This document shows positions 9,009-18,626 of a DNA stretch of 32,000 bases, piece by piece (position 1 is the first letter of the stretch; each line of letters begins with the position of its first letter). Origin of the DNA: Candidatus Heimdallarchaeota archaeon (GTDB lineage: Archaea > Asgardarchaeota > Heimdallarchaeia > JABLTI01); contig JAUWKS010000026.1 in assembly GCA_030614005.1 (NCBI GenBank), positions 1-32,000 of the forward strand. The letters run 5' to 3'. The translations under genes were made by a program, and so were the position numbers. The notes beneath the pieces were generated by a model, which ran no database searches, was not told the DNA's origin, and was given only the letters and a program-made list of their open reading frames with translations.

Positions 9009-10475
9009 TTACTTCTCTTTGCTTCCGGGCCAAGTGTGTTCTCTTGGATTGGGATTAATCTTTTTAAGAAGCTCATCAAGACCTGGTTCGACTCCTTGCA
9101 TGAGCATATACCCTTTATTCATTTCTTTGTTGGTGATTTCTCCTGCAATATTGGTCGTCATTATCTTTTCAACTTCTTTAACATCTCGAGTATGGCCTAA
9201 TGTCCAGATCATTTTAGCATAAGCAGTACTTGGAAGCATATTTGCTCCTTCGAATACTCCTTTCGCTAGCATATCTCTACCAGTTTCATAGACTCGAAGA
9301 TTGGTAAATCCATAGAGCGGTTCAACAACAATGCAAATGGGTATTTCTTCTTCTTGGGCTCTCGAGAGAGCAGGGTACATATCTGTATTAACATGTCCTA
9401 ATCCCGTGCCAACGAAAACAACTCCATGATAGTCTTTGTCAATAATTGCATCAAGAGTATCGGGGTTCATTCCAGGGTAGAAATATAGAATAGTCACTTT
9501 TGGATCAATTTTAGTGTCAATCCATGTATCTGCAATGTCTCCTCTTCGTTTTACATCATCTTTAAGAAAGGTGACTTTTTGATTTGCATCAATAACACCC
9601 AAAGGAATATCACTAATAGTTCTAAAAGCATCTCTGCGACTCGAGTGCATTTTTCTTACTCTCGTTCCTCTATGGATAAGATTATACGAGTCGCTTGTTC
9701 CTCCATGCATACAAAGAACAACTTCAGCCATATCAGCGTATCCTGCAATATGACTAGCATTTATGATGTTGAGTGGGCCATCGCTTGATGGTCTATCGCT
9801 ACTTCGTTGTGACCCAACAAGAACAACTGGTGCAGCTAAATTTTGGAACATAAATGAAAGAGCAGAACCCGTATATGACATAGTATCTGTTCCATGACCA
9901 ATAATTACTCCATCTGCTCCACTTTTGAATTCCTTCATAACAGCTTCCGCAGTTTTAACCCAGAATTCCGGTTTGAAATTCTCAGAAAGAAGTGAGTAGA
10001 TTTTCTTGGGTGTTAAATTACAAATGTCAATGAGCTCTGGAACAGCACTAAATAATTCTTCAGGAGTAAAAGCTGGTAACACTGCACCTGTTCTGTAATC
10101 AAGACGAGAAGCTACTGTTCCACCTGTTCCTAGCAAAGTGACATTTGGCAAATGATCTTTGAATGTAACGCTTATATCAGGAAGTTTGTATTTTCCTTCT
10201 TTGTACCCGTATTCTTCTATTGTTGTGTCCTCGGTTATTTTAACACCAATATTGTAACCCGTATCTACTTTTAAGACAAGATACCCTTCAGTTGTATGTT
10301 GACTTCTAGGGAGGATAACACCCTCGTAAAGAGCGTCTCCTTTTTTAACACGAACTTGACTCCAAACACCAATACCTTCTTTTTCTAATCTTGTGCGAAG
10401 TTTTCCACGATAGCCAGTTGGTTCTCGAACAACTTTTTGTTCTTCTTTTTTTGTTTCACTATTTTTCTTCACCAT
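9009..10475 (-). CDS. gatD: Glu-tRNA(Gln) amidotransferase subunit D
   Basis: N-terminal GatD domain followed by asparaginase fold: TGGTVASRLDYRTGAV, HGTDTM, GSQRSSDRPSSD. ATG at 10475 preferred (GAGGTG RBS upstream); the ORF track starts at 10484. Confidence 0.96.
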   Translation of the reverse strand: MVKKNSETKKEEQKVVREPTGYRGKLRTRLEKEGIGVWSQVRVKKGDALYEGVILPRSQHTTEGYLVLKVDTGYNIGVKITEDTTIEEYGYKEGKYKLPDISVTFKDHLPNVTLLGTGGTVASRLDYRTGAVLPAFTPEELFSAVPELIDICNLTPKKIYSLLSENFKPEFWVKTAEAVMKEFKSGADGVIIGHGTDTMSYTGSALSFMFQNLAAPVVLVGSQRSSDRPSSDGPLNIINASHIAGYADMAEVVLCMHGGTSDSYNLIHRGTRVRKMHSSRRDAFRTISDIPLGVIDANQKVTFLKDDVKRRGDIADTWIDTKIDPKVTILYFYPGMNPDTLDAIIDKDYHGVVFVGTGLGHVNTDMYPALSRAQEEEIPICIVVEPLYGFTNLRVYETGRDMLAKGVFEGANMLPSTAYAKMIWTLGHTRDVKEVEKIMTTNIAGEITNKEMNKGYMLMQGVEPGLDELLKKINPNPREHTWPGSKEK

Positions 10476-10489
10476 AATAGACACCTCAA

Positions 10490-12499
10490 TTAACTACTGA
10501 TTTTACCCTCCAATTTCTCCAGGACAAAATCGTAAACGGTTTTTCCGGAAATACTTCCGTTCGTTCTTCGCATAATAGTACCAGTAATTTTATCTGCAAT
10601 TCGATTGTTTATTGACCCGTCTTTTGCTGCTATTTTTTCGTCTTTAAATTTAGTAAGTTGACTAAGTGCTTCTGCAAATAATTTTTGAAGTTCTGTATCA
10701 GAAATTTTTCTTATTTTCAAATCTGAAAGTGCTTGCTTGAGACTTTTCTGAGGATCATTGATGATGGTCTTGGCAATATTGGACACTTGATTGAAATCAT
10801 ATACACCATCTTCTGCTCCTTTGATAATCTCCGCCGTTCTTTCAATGGTTAGCTTAGAAGTATCAAAACCTTCTCTTCGGAGAGCAAGAAGTATTTCTTC
10901 TATGAAGCAGTAGCATTTTTTGGGATTCAATTTGAATTTTTCAATCAAATCTTGAACAGTAGTTATTGTTTCATGTCGTATCATTGCTTTGACTTTTAGA
11001 TAATCCAAATCATATTTTTCTTTAAATTCTGTTTCCCATTCCCAAGGGCGTTTTTGCACTTTCTTCTTCAATTCTTCGATTTTCTGTATATCCATATCAA
11101 TCGGTGGAGTGTCTGTATCTGGATAAAGGCGATCTTGACCATGGATTACTCTCAAAAATTCCGAATTATTATCAGGTAAAAATCTGCGCGTTTCTAAAGG
11201 CACTCCATCAAGGGCCATTTTTGCTCTTTCGATAATTTTCTTCATAGCATGAACAACCCAAGTTTGAGGACCAAGCGCTAAAAAGTAACCATCTTCTTTC
11301 TTTAATTTGAGTGTTTTTCGAATATCTTTGTCTAATTTATCAGTAACAAGTGGGAAGAAGATATTCTCTTGGAATTGTTCTTTCCTTTTTCTTAAGGTCT
11401 TTTCACGCAATTTGCGGAAAGCTTTCTTATAGATTTCATCTGAATGGAAAAGGTTGCTTCTTGGAATTCCAGAAATCAATTCAGCCTTTTCAATAATATC
11501 CTGACCAAAATCTTTGCTAGGCTGAATTTCTAGTCCCAACAAATTGCCGAATTTTGGTAAACGAATACCCATAATAACACTATTTTTTGGAATATTCTTT
11601 TCAGCAAATTTGTCTGTTAAATCAATGTAAGTGTGTTCCAATTCTTTCTTTTTGAAGATGCGCTCTTTGAGCATTGCTGCAATTTTAATCAACATATCCT
11701 GTCGTGCAACCTCGCGTGCTGCAAGGTCAACAAAAGTGCTTAAATCTTGCACTCCCTTTAGCTCTACCCGGTGACCTCCTCTGATGCTAATATTTACATC
11801 TTGTCTTACAACCCCAAGACCTCGTTTACCTATTCCACTTAATCTAAGGGTTAATCCGATATACTCCGCGGCTCGTTGAAGGTCTTGTGGATTATCACAA
11901 TCATTATGGTCAGTAATAACTTCTACAAGAGGCATTCCCAAACGATCTAGATTATAATATACTGTCCTACCAAAATTCTCAGTTTTGATTTTTCTTGCAG
12001 AATCTTCTTCAACAGTAAGATTAGAGATGCGTAATTTTTTCCCTCTAATAGGAACCCAACCATCACGTGCTACAATCATTGTTCTCTGAAAACCTGTGGT
12101 GATGGATCCATCAAGATATTGTTTTCTCGAGACAACTACTTCGTCCACTAATGCAGAGAAATTTAACCAATGGGCCAGTTCGAATCCCAGATAAATAGCT
12201 TCATTATCAGGCCAAAAGGGTGGTTGCTCATCTTGCTCATAAACACAGACCGAATCCTCATAAGCATGATAGATGACTCGATATCCTTTTTCATATTCGA
12301 TTAGCATTCCTTCGTCGAAATCACCCATCTCACCTAATACTGGTCGGAAATATCGTTCAAAACGATAGTCAGGTTCTCCATGACTGAGAACGGGTTTACA
12401 ATGACAGAATAACTTTCTTTTTGTGTTTATTTGATGATGAACTTCAATGCCTGCTCTAAAGCCCATTTTCTTAAAATCTATTTTAGTTAGGTCTAGCAT
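10490..12499 (-). CDS. gatE: Glu-tRNA(Gln) amidotransferase subunit E
   Basis: GIEVHHQINTKRKLFC, RKQYLDGSITTGFQRT, LDRLGMPLVEV, RQDVNISIRGGHRVELKGVQ and RLYPDTDTPP; adjacent to gatD. Confidence 0.96.
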   Translation of the reverse strand: MLDLTKIDFKKMGFRAGIEVHHQINTKRKLFCHCKPVLSHGEPDYRFERYFRPVLGEMGDFDEGMLIEYEKGYRVIYHAYEDSVCVYEQDEQPPFWPDNEAIYLGFELAHWLNFSALVDEVVVSRKQYLDGSITTGFQRTMIVARDGWVPIRGKKLRISNLTVEEDSARKIKTENFGRTVYYNLDRLGMPLVEVITDHNDCDNPQDLQRAAEYIGLTLRLSGIGKRGLGVVRQDVNISIRGGHRVELKGVQDLSTFVDLAAREVARQDMLIKIAAMLKERIFKKKELEHTYIDLTDKFAEKNIPKNSVIMGIRLPKFGNLLGLEIQPSKDFGQDIIEKAELISGIPRSNLFHSDEIYKKAFRKLREKTLRKRKEQFQENIFFPLVTDKLDKDIRKTLKLKKEDGYFLALGPQTWVVHAMKKIIERAKMALDGVPLETRRFLPDNNSEFLRVIHGQDRLYPDTDTPPIDMDIQKIEELKKKVQKRPWEWETEFKEKYDLDYLKVKAMIRHETITTVQDLIEKFKLNPKKCYCFIEEILLALRREGFDTSKLTIERTAEIIKGAEDGVYDFNQVSNIAKTIINDPQKSLKQALSDLKIRKISDTELQKLFAEALSQLTKFKDEKIAAKDGSINNRIADKITGTIMRRTNGSISGKTVYDFVLEKLEGKISS

Positions 12500-12740
12500 A
12501 TAATCTCACTGTTTCAATTGTGCTATTTACTGGTTGAAGAATCCCTTCAAATACTGACTAAATTAACTTTTCTGTAATCAAAATCAGTAGTACAAGCCTT
12601 TGATTAAAAAATCTTTATTTTAATTAACAAATAAATCACCTAAAACCCAAATTGTTTTTTATAGGAATACGAATGCTAATACTGGGAATATTTTTTTATA
12701 TGAAAAACGGAACTTTAAATAATCGTGAGTAGTGTTTTCT

Positions 12741-13895
12741 ATGTCGGCTCATAAATCTAAAAAAATGGAAAATATAAAAACAGAAATACTTGTTGAAAAA
12801 GCAGATCCAAGTAAGGTACCACCTGTTATAATCGTCCATGGTGCCGGAAGCACAAAAATTGGTTTTGGTGGTGAACAATTTCCACGTTTTGTATTTCCAA
12901 GACAAAGCACCATTTTAAGCGACCGATTAAAACGCTTTCCACTTCAAGGTAGCTATACAACAAATGAAGAATGGTTGAAGGCTTATTGGCAAGCAATGAT
13001 AATGAAATTAAGCACTGACCTCTCAGAGAGAAGAGTATTACTTAGCCTACCAACTGCTAATTTAACCGAATGCCCTTTTAGGGAATTGGCTCAAGAGTTC
13101 TTTTATGAAGACCTTCAAGCAAATCAGGTGGCTTTTGTATCAGATCCGTTTTTATCTTTAGTAGGTTATATCCCAAAAACAAAAAGTTTGACAGCACTAA
13201 TAGTTGATATAGGTTTTTCACAAATCAGAATTGTACCTATTTATCAGTCAACAATTCTAGAAGACAAAATAGCCCAAATATCATTTGGAGGATTTGACCT
13301 CACAAAAACTTTGGGGTTGTGGTTAAAAAATAAGGGATATGAAGGATCTCTGGATGCACTTTTCTTACGAGATATAAAAGAGAATTTTTGTTTAGTAAGA
13401 CCATTTAAGCAGACGATGCCCGACACGGAAACTGAATCGTTTACGTATTCCATAGACAAATACAACTTTCAACTTACATCAGAACTCTGGAAATTAGCTG
13501 AATTATTTTTCTTTAAGGATTATTTTTCAAAGAAAGTAGAGATGTGTCCAAGAAGTACTTTTGAGGGAGAAAGATTCCCACTAGATGAAATAACATTACC
13601 AAAAGCAATAGGTTTTGTTGTAAATAGTGTTGATGCAGAAATCTCTTCAAAACTAGTACAGAATATTTGTTTTACAGGTGGGGGTACAAAATTTAATGGA
13701 ATTTATGAACGAATTCTTGAAGAATTCAAATTCCATTTTCCTGAATATAAATCTGAAGTTAAAATACATACACAATCTAATAATGATCTCGTTCCTTACA
13801 TCGGCGCGTCGAAATTATCAACTCTACCTTCCTTCCAAAATCATTGGCGAAACGCAGAAGAGTATGATGAAGGGTTATTTGATTTATTTCTCTAA
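12741..13895 (+). CDS. Divergent actin-family (actin-related) protein
   Basis: GAGSTKIGFGGEQFPRFVFP (P1), LIVDIGFSQIRIVPIY (P2), NICFTGGGTKFNGIYERI (adenosine), and C-terminal YIGASKLSTLPSFQNHWRNAEEYDE matching actin [25 protein letters not shown]. ATG at 12741; the track starts at GTG 12732. Confidence 0.9.
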   Translation: MSAHKSKKMENIKTEILVEKADPSKVPPVIIVHGAGSTKIGFGGEQFPRFVFPRQSTILSDRLKRFPLQGSYTTNEEWLKAYWQAMIMKLSTDLSERRVLLSLPTANLTECPFRELAQEFFYEDLQANQVAFVSDPFLSLVGYIPKTKSLTALIVDIGFSQIRIVPIYQSTILEDKIAQISFGGFDLTKTLGLWLKNKGYEGSLDALFLRDIKENFCLVRPFKQTMPDTETESFTYSIDKYNFQLTSELWKLAELFFFKDYFSKKVEMCPRSTFEGERFPLDEITLPKAIGFVVNSVDAEISSKLVQNICFTGGGTKFNGIYERILEEFKFHFPEYKSEVKIHTQSNNDLVPYIGASKLSTLPSFQNHWRNAEEYDEGLFDLFL

Positions 13896-14638
13896 CTTTT
13901 CTTGGGTTGTTTTTTTCCATTACTATCAAATATAACAGGAATAATTTTACCATCTTCTATAGCAAAAATCTTATCTGCTTTTTTTGCTACGTCTAAATTG
14001 TGAGTCACAACCATAATTGTTATACTAAATTCTCTTTGTAAATCTCTCATAAGTTTGATAATTTTTTCACCTGTTTCTGAATCCAAATTACCGGTTGGTT
14101 GATCTGCCAAAATGAGTTTCGGTTCATTAGCTAACGCTCGAGCAATTCCTACTCTTTGCTTCTCACCACTGGAAAGCTGTGTTGGAATGTGCTTTTTTCT
14201 TTTACTTAAACCAACTTTTTCTATTAGCTCATTTACTCGACGAACTCTTGATAATTTTTTTAAATTTTCTGCATAGATCATTGGAAGCTCTATGTTCTGT
14301 TCAACTGTTAAAACTGAATGAAGATTTATATCTTGGAAAATAATGCCAACTTTTCTTCGAAATAACACTCTTTCTTCCTCGGTGAGAGATGAAATATCTT
14401 CACCATCATACCATATTTTTCCGCTCGTTGGTTTATCTAATCCTCCAATCAAATTCAATAATGTAGTTTTACCACTCCCTGAAGAACCAATTATTGCGAT
14501 AAATTCATTTTCCATTACAATGAGATTTATTCCTTGAAGAGCTTCAACAGATGTCGATCTATCATCATAAGTTTTAGTTAGCTCTTCAATTAGAATGAGT
14601 ATTTTTTGAGGAATACACAATGAAGGTGTATTTGTCAT
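13892..14638 (-). CDS. ABC ATP-binding protein, LolD/MacB/FtsE family (Walker B Glu replaced by Gln)
   Basis: GSSGSGKTT, FQ Q-loop, LSSGEKQRVGIARAL, ILADQPTGNLD, VTHN. ATG at 14638 directly follows the upstream stop. Confidence 0.92.
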   Translation of the reverse strand: MTNTPSLCIPQKILILIEELTKTYDDRSTSVEALQGINLIVMENEFIAIIGSSGSGKTTLLNLIGGLDKPTSGKIWYDGEDISSLTEEERVLFRRKVGIIFQDINLHSVLTVEQNIELPMIYAENLKKLSRVRRVNELIEKVGLSKRKKHIPTQLSSGEKQRVGIARALANEPKLILADQPTGNLDSETGEKIIKLMRDLQREFSITIMVVTHNLDVAKKADKIFAIEDGKIIPVIFDSNGKKQPKKS

Positions 14639-14639
14639 T

Positions 14640-15356
14640 TTAGGCACCCTCTTCTTTTTGAAAGTTTGTCAGTACAGAAGTAATTTTGCCATCTTCTAGG
14701 CCAAATGCTTGATCAGTAGCTTCTATGAACTGCCTCTTGTGTGAAACAATTATCATCGTTGTACCAAAATCTTCAGAAAGGGATTTCAAGTGATTGACTA
14801 CCTCAACACTCGTAGATGTATCCAATTCTCCTGTTATTTGATCACCTAAGAGAATTTTTGGCTTATTTGCAATAGCGATTGCTAAACCAACTCTTTGTGC
14901 TTCTCCACCGGAAATTTGGTTTGGCTTGTGATTTTTTCGATGTGACAGTCCAAATCTATCTAATAGCTCGTACGCAATTTTCTTTTGCTCTTCCCTAGGT
15001 TTATTAGCAATTTGTAATGGAAGCATAACATTTTGCAAAACAGTATTTCCACTGATCAGATTATCTTTAGGTAGTTGCCAGAGATATCCTACCTGCTCTC
15101 TTCTAAATTTGATTAATTCCTTGTAAGTGAGATGAGTAATTTCTTTGTCATTAATTATAACGTAACCTGAACTAGGATTAAGTAAGCCGCCAAGTATTGA
15201 GAGCAAAGTAGTTTTTCCTGCACCACTCGGTCCAAATATCCCAACAAAATCACCTTCTTCTATTGTAAAACTGACACCATTGAGTGCGGAAATACCAAGT
15301 CTACTCACAGGGTTCACATAGACTTTCACTAAATCTACTACTTCAATTAGGGACAT
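14640..15356 (-). CDS. ABC ATP-binding protein, LolD/MacB/FtsE family (Walker B Glu replaced by Gln)
   Basis: GPSGAGKTT, ISGGEAQRVGLAIAI, LLGDQITGELD, VSHK; GAGGTGA RBS. Confidence 0.92.
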   Translation of the reverse strand: MSLIEVVDLVKVYVNPVSRLGISALNGVSFTIEEGDFVGIFGPSGAGKTTLLSILGGLLNPSSGYVIINDKEITHLTYKELIKFRREQVGYLWQLPKDNLISGNTVLQNVMLPLQIANKPREEQKKIAYELLDRFGLSHRKNHKPNQISGGEAQRVGLAIAIANKPKILLGDQITGELDTSTSVEVVNHLKSLSEDFGTTMIIVSHKRQFIEATDQAFGLEDGKITSVLTNFQKEEGA

Positions 15357-15365
15357 TCTTTCACC

Positions 15366-18221
15366 TCAAGTTGCTCTCGCTAAGTCATTTATTTCCTTTT
15401 TAATTGTGTAATATGCTGGAATCATAGCGCTAATAGCAGCAATGACTAATGCTAATATTAGAATTATCAATAAAGACAACCAAGGAACATCTATAGTCAA
15501 AGGAGGCACTTGATTTCTACTATTGATAATATTTGAAATAATAGCTGAAACTGCGATGCCTAATGGCAAACCAATGCCAATACCAATTCCCATAATCAAT
15601 AATGTCTCATACATAAAGGAATAGTATATCTCTTTGTTTCTCGCTCCTAATGCCCGAGTAATAGCTAATTCTTTCGACCTGTCAAATAGTATGAGAAGAG
15701 AATAAATGCTAATACCTGCGATGGTACAAATCATTGTTGTTAAGAAGGATGAATTAAGCATAGCATAAGTTGATAATCTTGCAGGCATTTCAAGATTACC
15801 AGCAGCACCATCTTCTGACACAACAATTTGGACAGATGGATATTTATCTTGAATCATTGCTGCAATTGCTACACCGGTATTCGGTTTTTTTTGTTTAATA
15901 TACAGAGATTTAACGTAATACGAACATTGATAGTCATCTAGCAATCGATCAACTGTTAAAATGCTCCCAACGATATATTTCTGCGATGAAACCGATTCTG
16001 ATAAGTCAGAACCAATTACAGTATTGGGGAAATATTTGAATTTTCCAATGATATTATAATGATTTCCTAGATGAGAAACAAAACTATTACCCACTCTTAA
16101 ACCTGCATCTCTCAAGTTATCCTTTTGAACAAGAATATTACCCGGAGTTTTTAATTTCTTGATCAACGTCTTTAATGGTAAATTGAAACCATACCTTAAT
16201 GGTTGCATAAAGCCAGCATCCTGAAAAGTATCCGGATTAATGCCAAGCATAGTGGTAGTTGTTTTACCCCATCCTAAATTTATTTCTGATTCTTCTACTG
16301 ATATTATGTTTGAAACACTTGCAACACTATCCAAACTTTTTACATAATCTGCTATCTCATCTAGATTCAAATAATCGGTTACAACAATGTCTGCACCTAA
16401 AACATAATCCCATCTTTGATGAGTGTTAAAATCGATAGTTGAAGGAACAACAGCACTAACTATACCAAAAGATAATGTAACAATGATTAGAATCACTGCT
16501 CGAGAAGTTTGCTTTTTTTGATGAGTGAGATTTTTTAATGAAAGCGCAAAAGTTCCACCGCCTTTTGCCCAGAGTTTATCACCAAGTTTTCTTATTGCAG
16601 GAGTGAAACCACGACTGATAAGCAAGCTTACTCCAACAACTATTGCAACAGGTGCGGTAACGCCAAAAATTAGTATCATTGTGGTTTGAATATCACCAGA
16701 AGTAAACTCAATTGCTATGAAATACATTGCTACGCTGAACACTGCATATATTCCGATTATTCTATCAAATCGAAATTCTTCCCAAATGGGTTTTTTCTTC
16801 CTTTCTTCTTCTCCAGCAACATTTTTCACTTTCAACCGGCTCAAACCAATAATTCTTGGAAGATTTATTATCAATGACAAAGTTATGCCTGAAGTTAGAA
16901 TGATTATTATTAAAGCCCAAATAGCCGTATAACCATAATCTGCAACAGGCAAATCACTCTTAAACTCCATAAAACCACTTGTTTTTCCGATCAATTGCAA
17001 TAATGGTATTCCTAAGAGTGAACCTAAAATTAACGAAATAGTAGTTGAAACACCCATCTCTAATAATAGTGCATAAAGAACTTGTCTATTTGTTGCCCCT
17101 CTGGCTTTCAATAAATTAATGTGGTGAACATTTTGAGAGCGAACGATATTGAATGAGAAATTTATCATAAAGAATGCAATGGCAATTGGTGGAAAAGTTA
17201 GTACAAGAATAATTGTTTGAATGTAATTAAAGTCATCATAAAAGAGTTTCAAATTATAATTTATTCTACTGTAAACGAAAGTGAAATATGTATTTGTAGA
17301 TTGTAGAACATTCGATTGAAGCGTATTTTCAAAATTAGCGTTTTTCAAATAGTCCTTGTTTTCTGAAAAAACTCCATAATGTGAATAGTCTACATCAATA
17401 TTAACATAATATTTCTGCACCAAGCTTGCTGTTTCAACACCCATATCCTCTAATAAACCACCCACACCATCCAAGGTAGATATCATAATAATACTAGGCA
17501 CTTTAACCAATGAATAACCGAATCTTCTCAAAAATTGATTGTAAACTGATCGGTAGTTAAACTCTAACGCGTAATAATCAAAAGGAATTCCACCAGCCAA
17601 AGTGATTTCATGATTGCCCGGTGCTAAATTACTTGAAATATTGAATTTGGAATCTTCAGGAACATAGATGTTATTTGTCCTATGTAATCGAGTATAAATA
17701 ATCAGTTGATGTGTACTATTCACTTCTGAAAAACCTATCGGTGAAATATATCTTAAGAATTGAATATCTTTTTCAGAAAGTCCGATGAGCGTTACATCAC
17801 TTTCTACTATAGTGCCTGTTGATGTTCTTCTGTGATGAAGTGTAATATCTGTAACCGAACAAACTCTTGAGCTACCAATAAAATCATTGTAACCATTATC
17901 TGAAGCAATTTTTAGAAGATCTTTTTCTATAGCTTGATCAAATTCATTTGTAGGGTACCCATTATCATAAATTACTCCTTCAAAATCAGGACCAATATCA
18001 ATTGCAATCGCTTCATCACTAATTACACCACCAAATAATCCTTTACTATATTGACCAGATAGAAAAGTTCCTAATAATGCTCCTTTGCTGCCTATAAGAA
18101 AAAGGATCATTTGAAACGAAACAGAGAGTGCAATAGTTAAACCAATAGTCGTTAGAAGTAATGACTTTTTGTTAGATCTAAGAGAAGATATGGCAATTTT
18201 CCAATTATTCCTAAGAGACAT
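15366..18221 (-). CDS. FtsX/MacB-like (type VII) ABC permease with two fused permease modules
   Basis: N-terminal NWKIAISSLRSNKK plus TM, two large extracytoplasmic domains, and two FtsX coupling motifs (LKARGATNRQV; RALGARNKEI), each followed by TM bundles. GGGTGAG RBS. Confidence 0.9.
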   Translation of the reverse strand: MSLRNNWKIAISSLRSNKKSLLLTTIGLTIALSVSFQMILFLIGSKGALLGTFLSGQYSKGLFGGVISDEAIAIDIGPDFEGVIYDNGYPTNEFDQAIEKDLLKIASDNGYNDFIGSSRVCSVTDITLHHRRTSTGTIVESDVTLIGLSEKDIQFLRYISPIGFSEVNSTHQLIIYTRLHRTNNIYVPEDSKFNISSNLAPGNHEITLAGGIPFDYYALEFNYRSVYNQFLRRFGYSLVKVPSIIMISTLDGVGGLLEDMGVETASLVQKYYVNIDVDYSHYGVFSENKDYLKNANFENTLQSNVLQSTNTYFTFVYSRINYNLKLFYDDFNYIQTIILVLTFPPIAIAFFMINFSFNIVRSQNVHHINLLKARGATNRQVLYALLLEMGVSTTISLILGSLLGIPLLQLIGKTSGFMEFKSDLPVADYGYTAIWALIIIILTSGITLSLIINLPRIIGLSRLKVKNVAGEEERKKKPIWEEFRFDRIIGIYAVFSVAMYFIAIEFTSGDIQTTMILIFGVTAPVAIVVGVSLLISRGFTPAIRKLGDKLWAKGGGTFALSLKNLTHQKKQTSRAVILIIVTLSFGIVSAVVPSTIDFNTHQRWDYVLGADIVVTDYLNLDEIADYVKSLDSVASVSNIISVEESEINLGWGKTTTTMLGINPDTFQDAGFMQPLRYGFNLPLKTLIKKLKTPGNILVQKDNLRDAGLRVGNSFVSHLGNHYNIIGKFKYFPNTVIGSDLSESVSSQKYIVGSILTVDRLLDDYQCSYYVKSLYIKQKKPNTGVAIAAMIQDKYPSVQIVVSEDGAAGNLEMPARLSTYAMLNSSFLTTMICTIAGISIYSLLILFDRSKELAITRALGARNKEIYYSFMYETLLIMGIGIGIGLPLGIAVSAIISNIINSRNQVPPLTIDVPWLSLLIILILALVIAAISAMIPAYYTIKKEINDLARAT

Positions 18222-18626
18222 TCAACTCACCCTTCTTGTTTTTCAATTTAGATTATTAACTGAAAATCATAAATTAAAGTAAATCCCAATAATAATAACC
18301 AAGTTTGTATGGGGTAAAATTGCTTTTATATGTATTCAATTTTCTCATCTTCTTTTATTCAAAGAGATTGCTAAATAAATGGTAACTGTGAAAAAAAAGT
18401 CTTTTTGGATAAAAAAAGCTATTTTTGTCGCGACTTTTTGCCTATTTCGTAAATGACTTATATAGCTAACCTTGTTTTAATCTATTACAATAATTTAGAT
18501 TAAAAATCGACTAAAGTAATGCATTATTGTAAGAAATAGATTGTAGAGGATATCGAATTACCTAAAGAAAATAATAAGTTGTATAGGAATTTGTGCTTAA
18601 GAACTAGAGAATGCCGGTGAGAAATC

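Noticed and set aside
18380-18460. A/T-run pseudo-repeats and a GTCGCGAC palindrome in the ABC/TPR divergent intergenic region
   Set aside because: Units are short and imperfect, with no spacer periodicity; not a CRISPR array and not distinguishable from AT-rich background.
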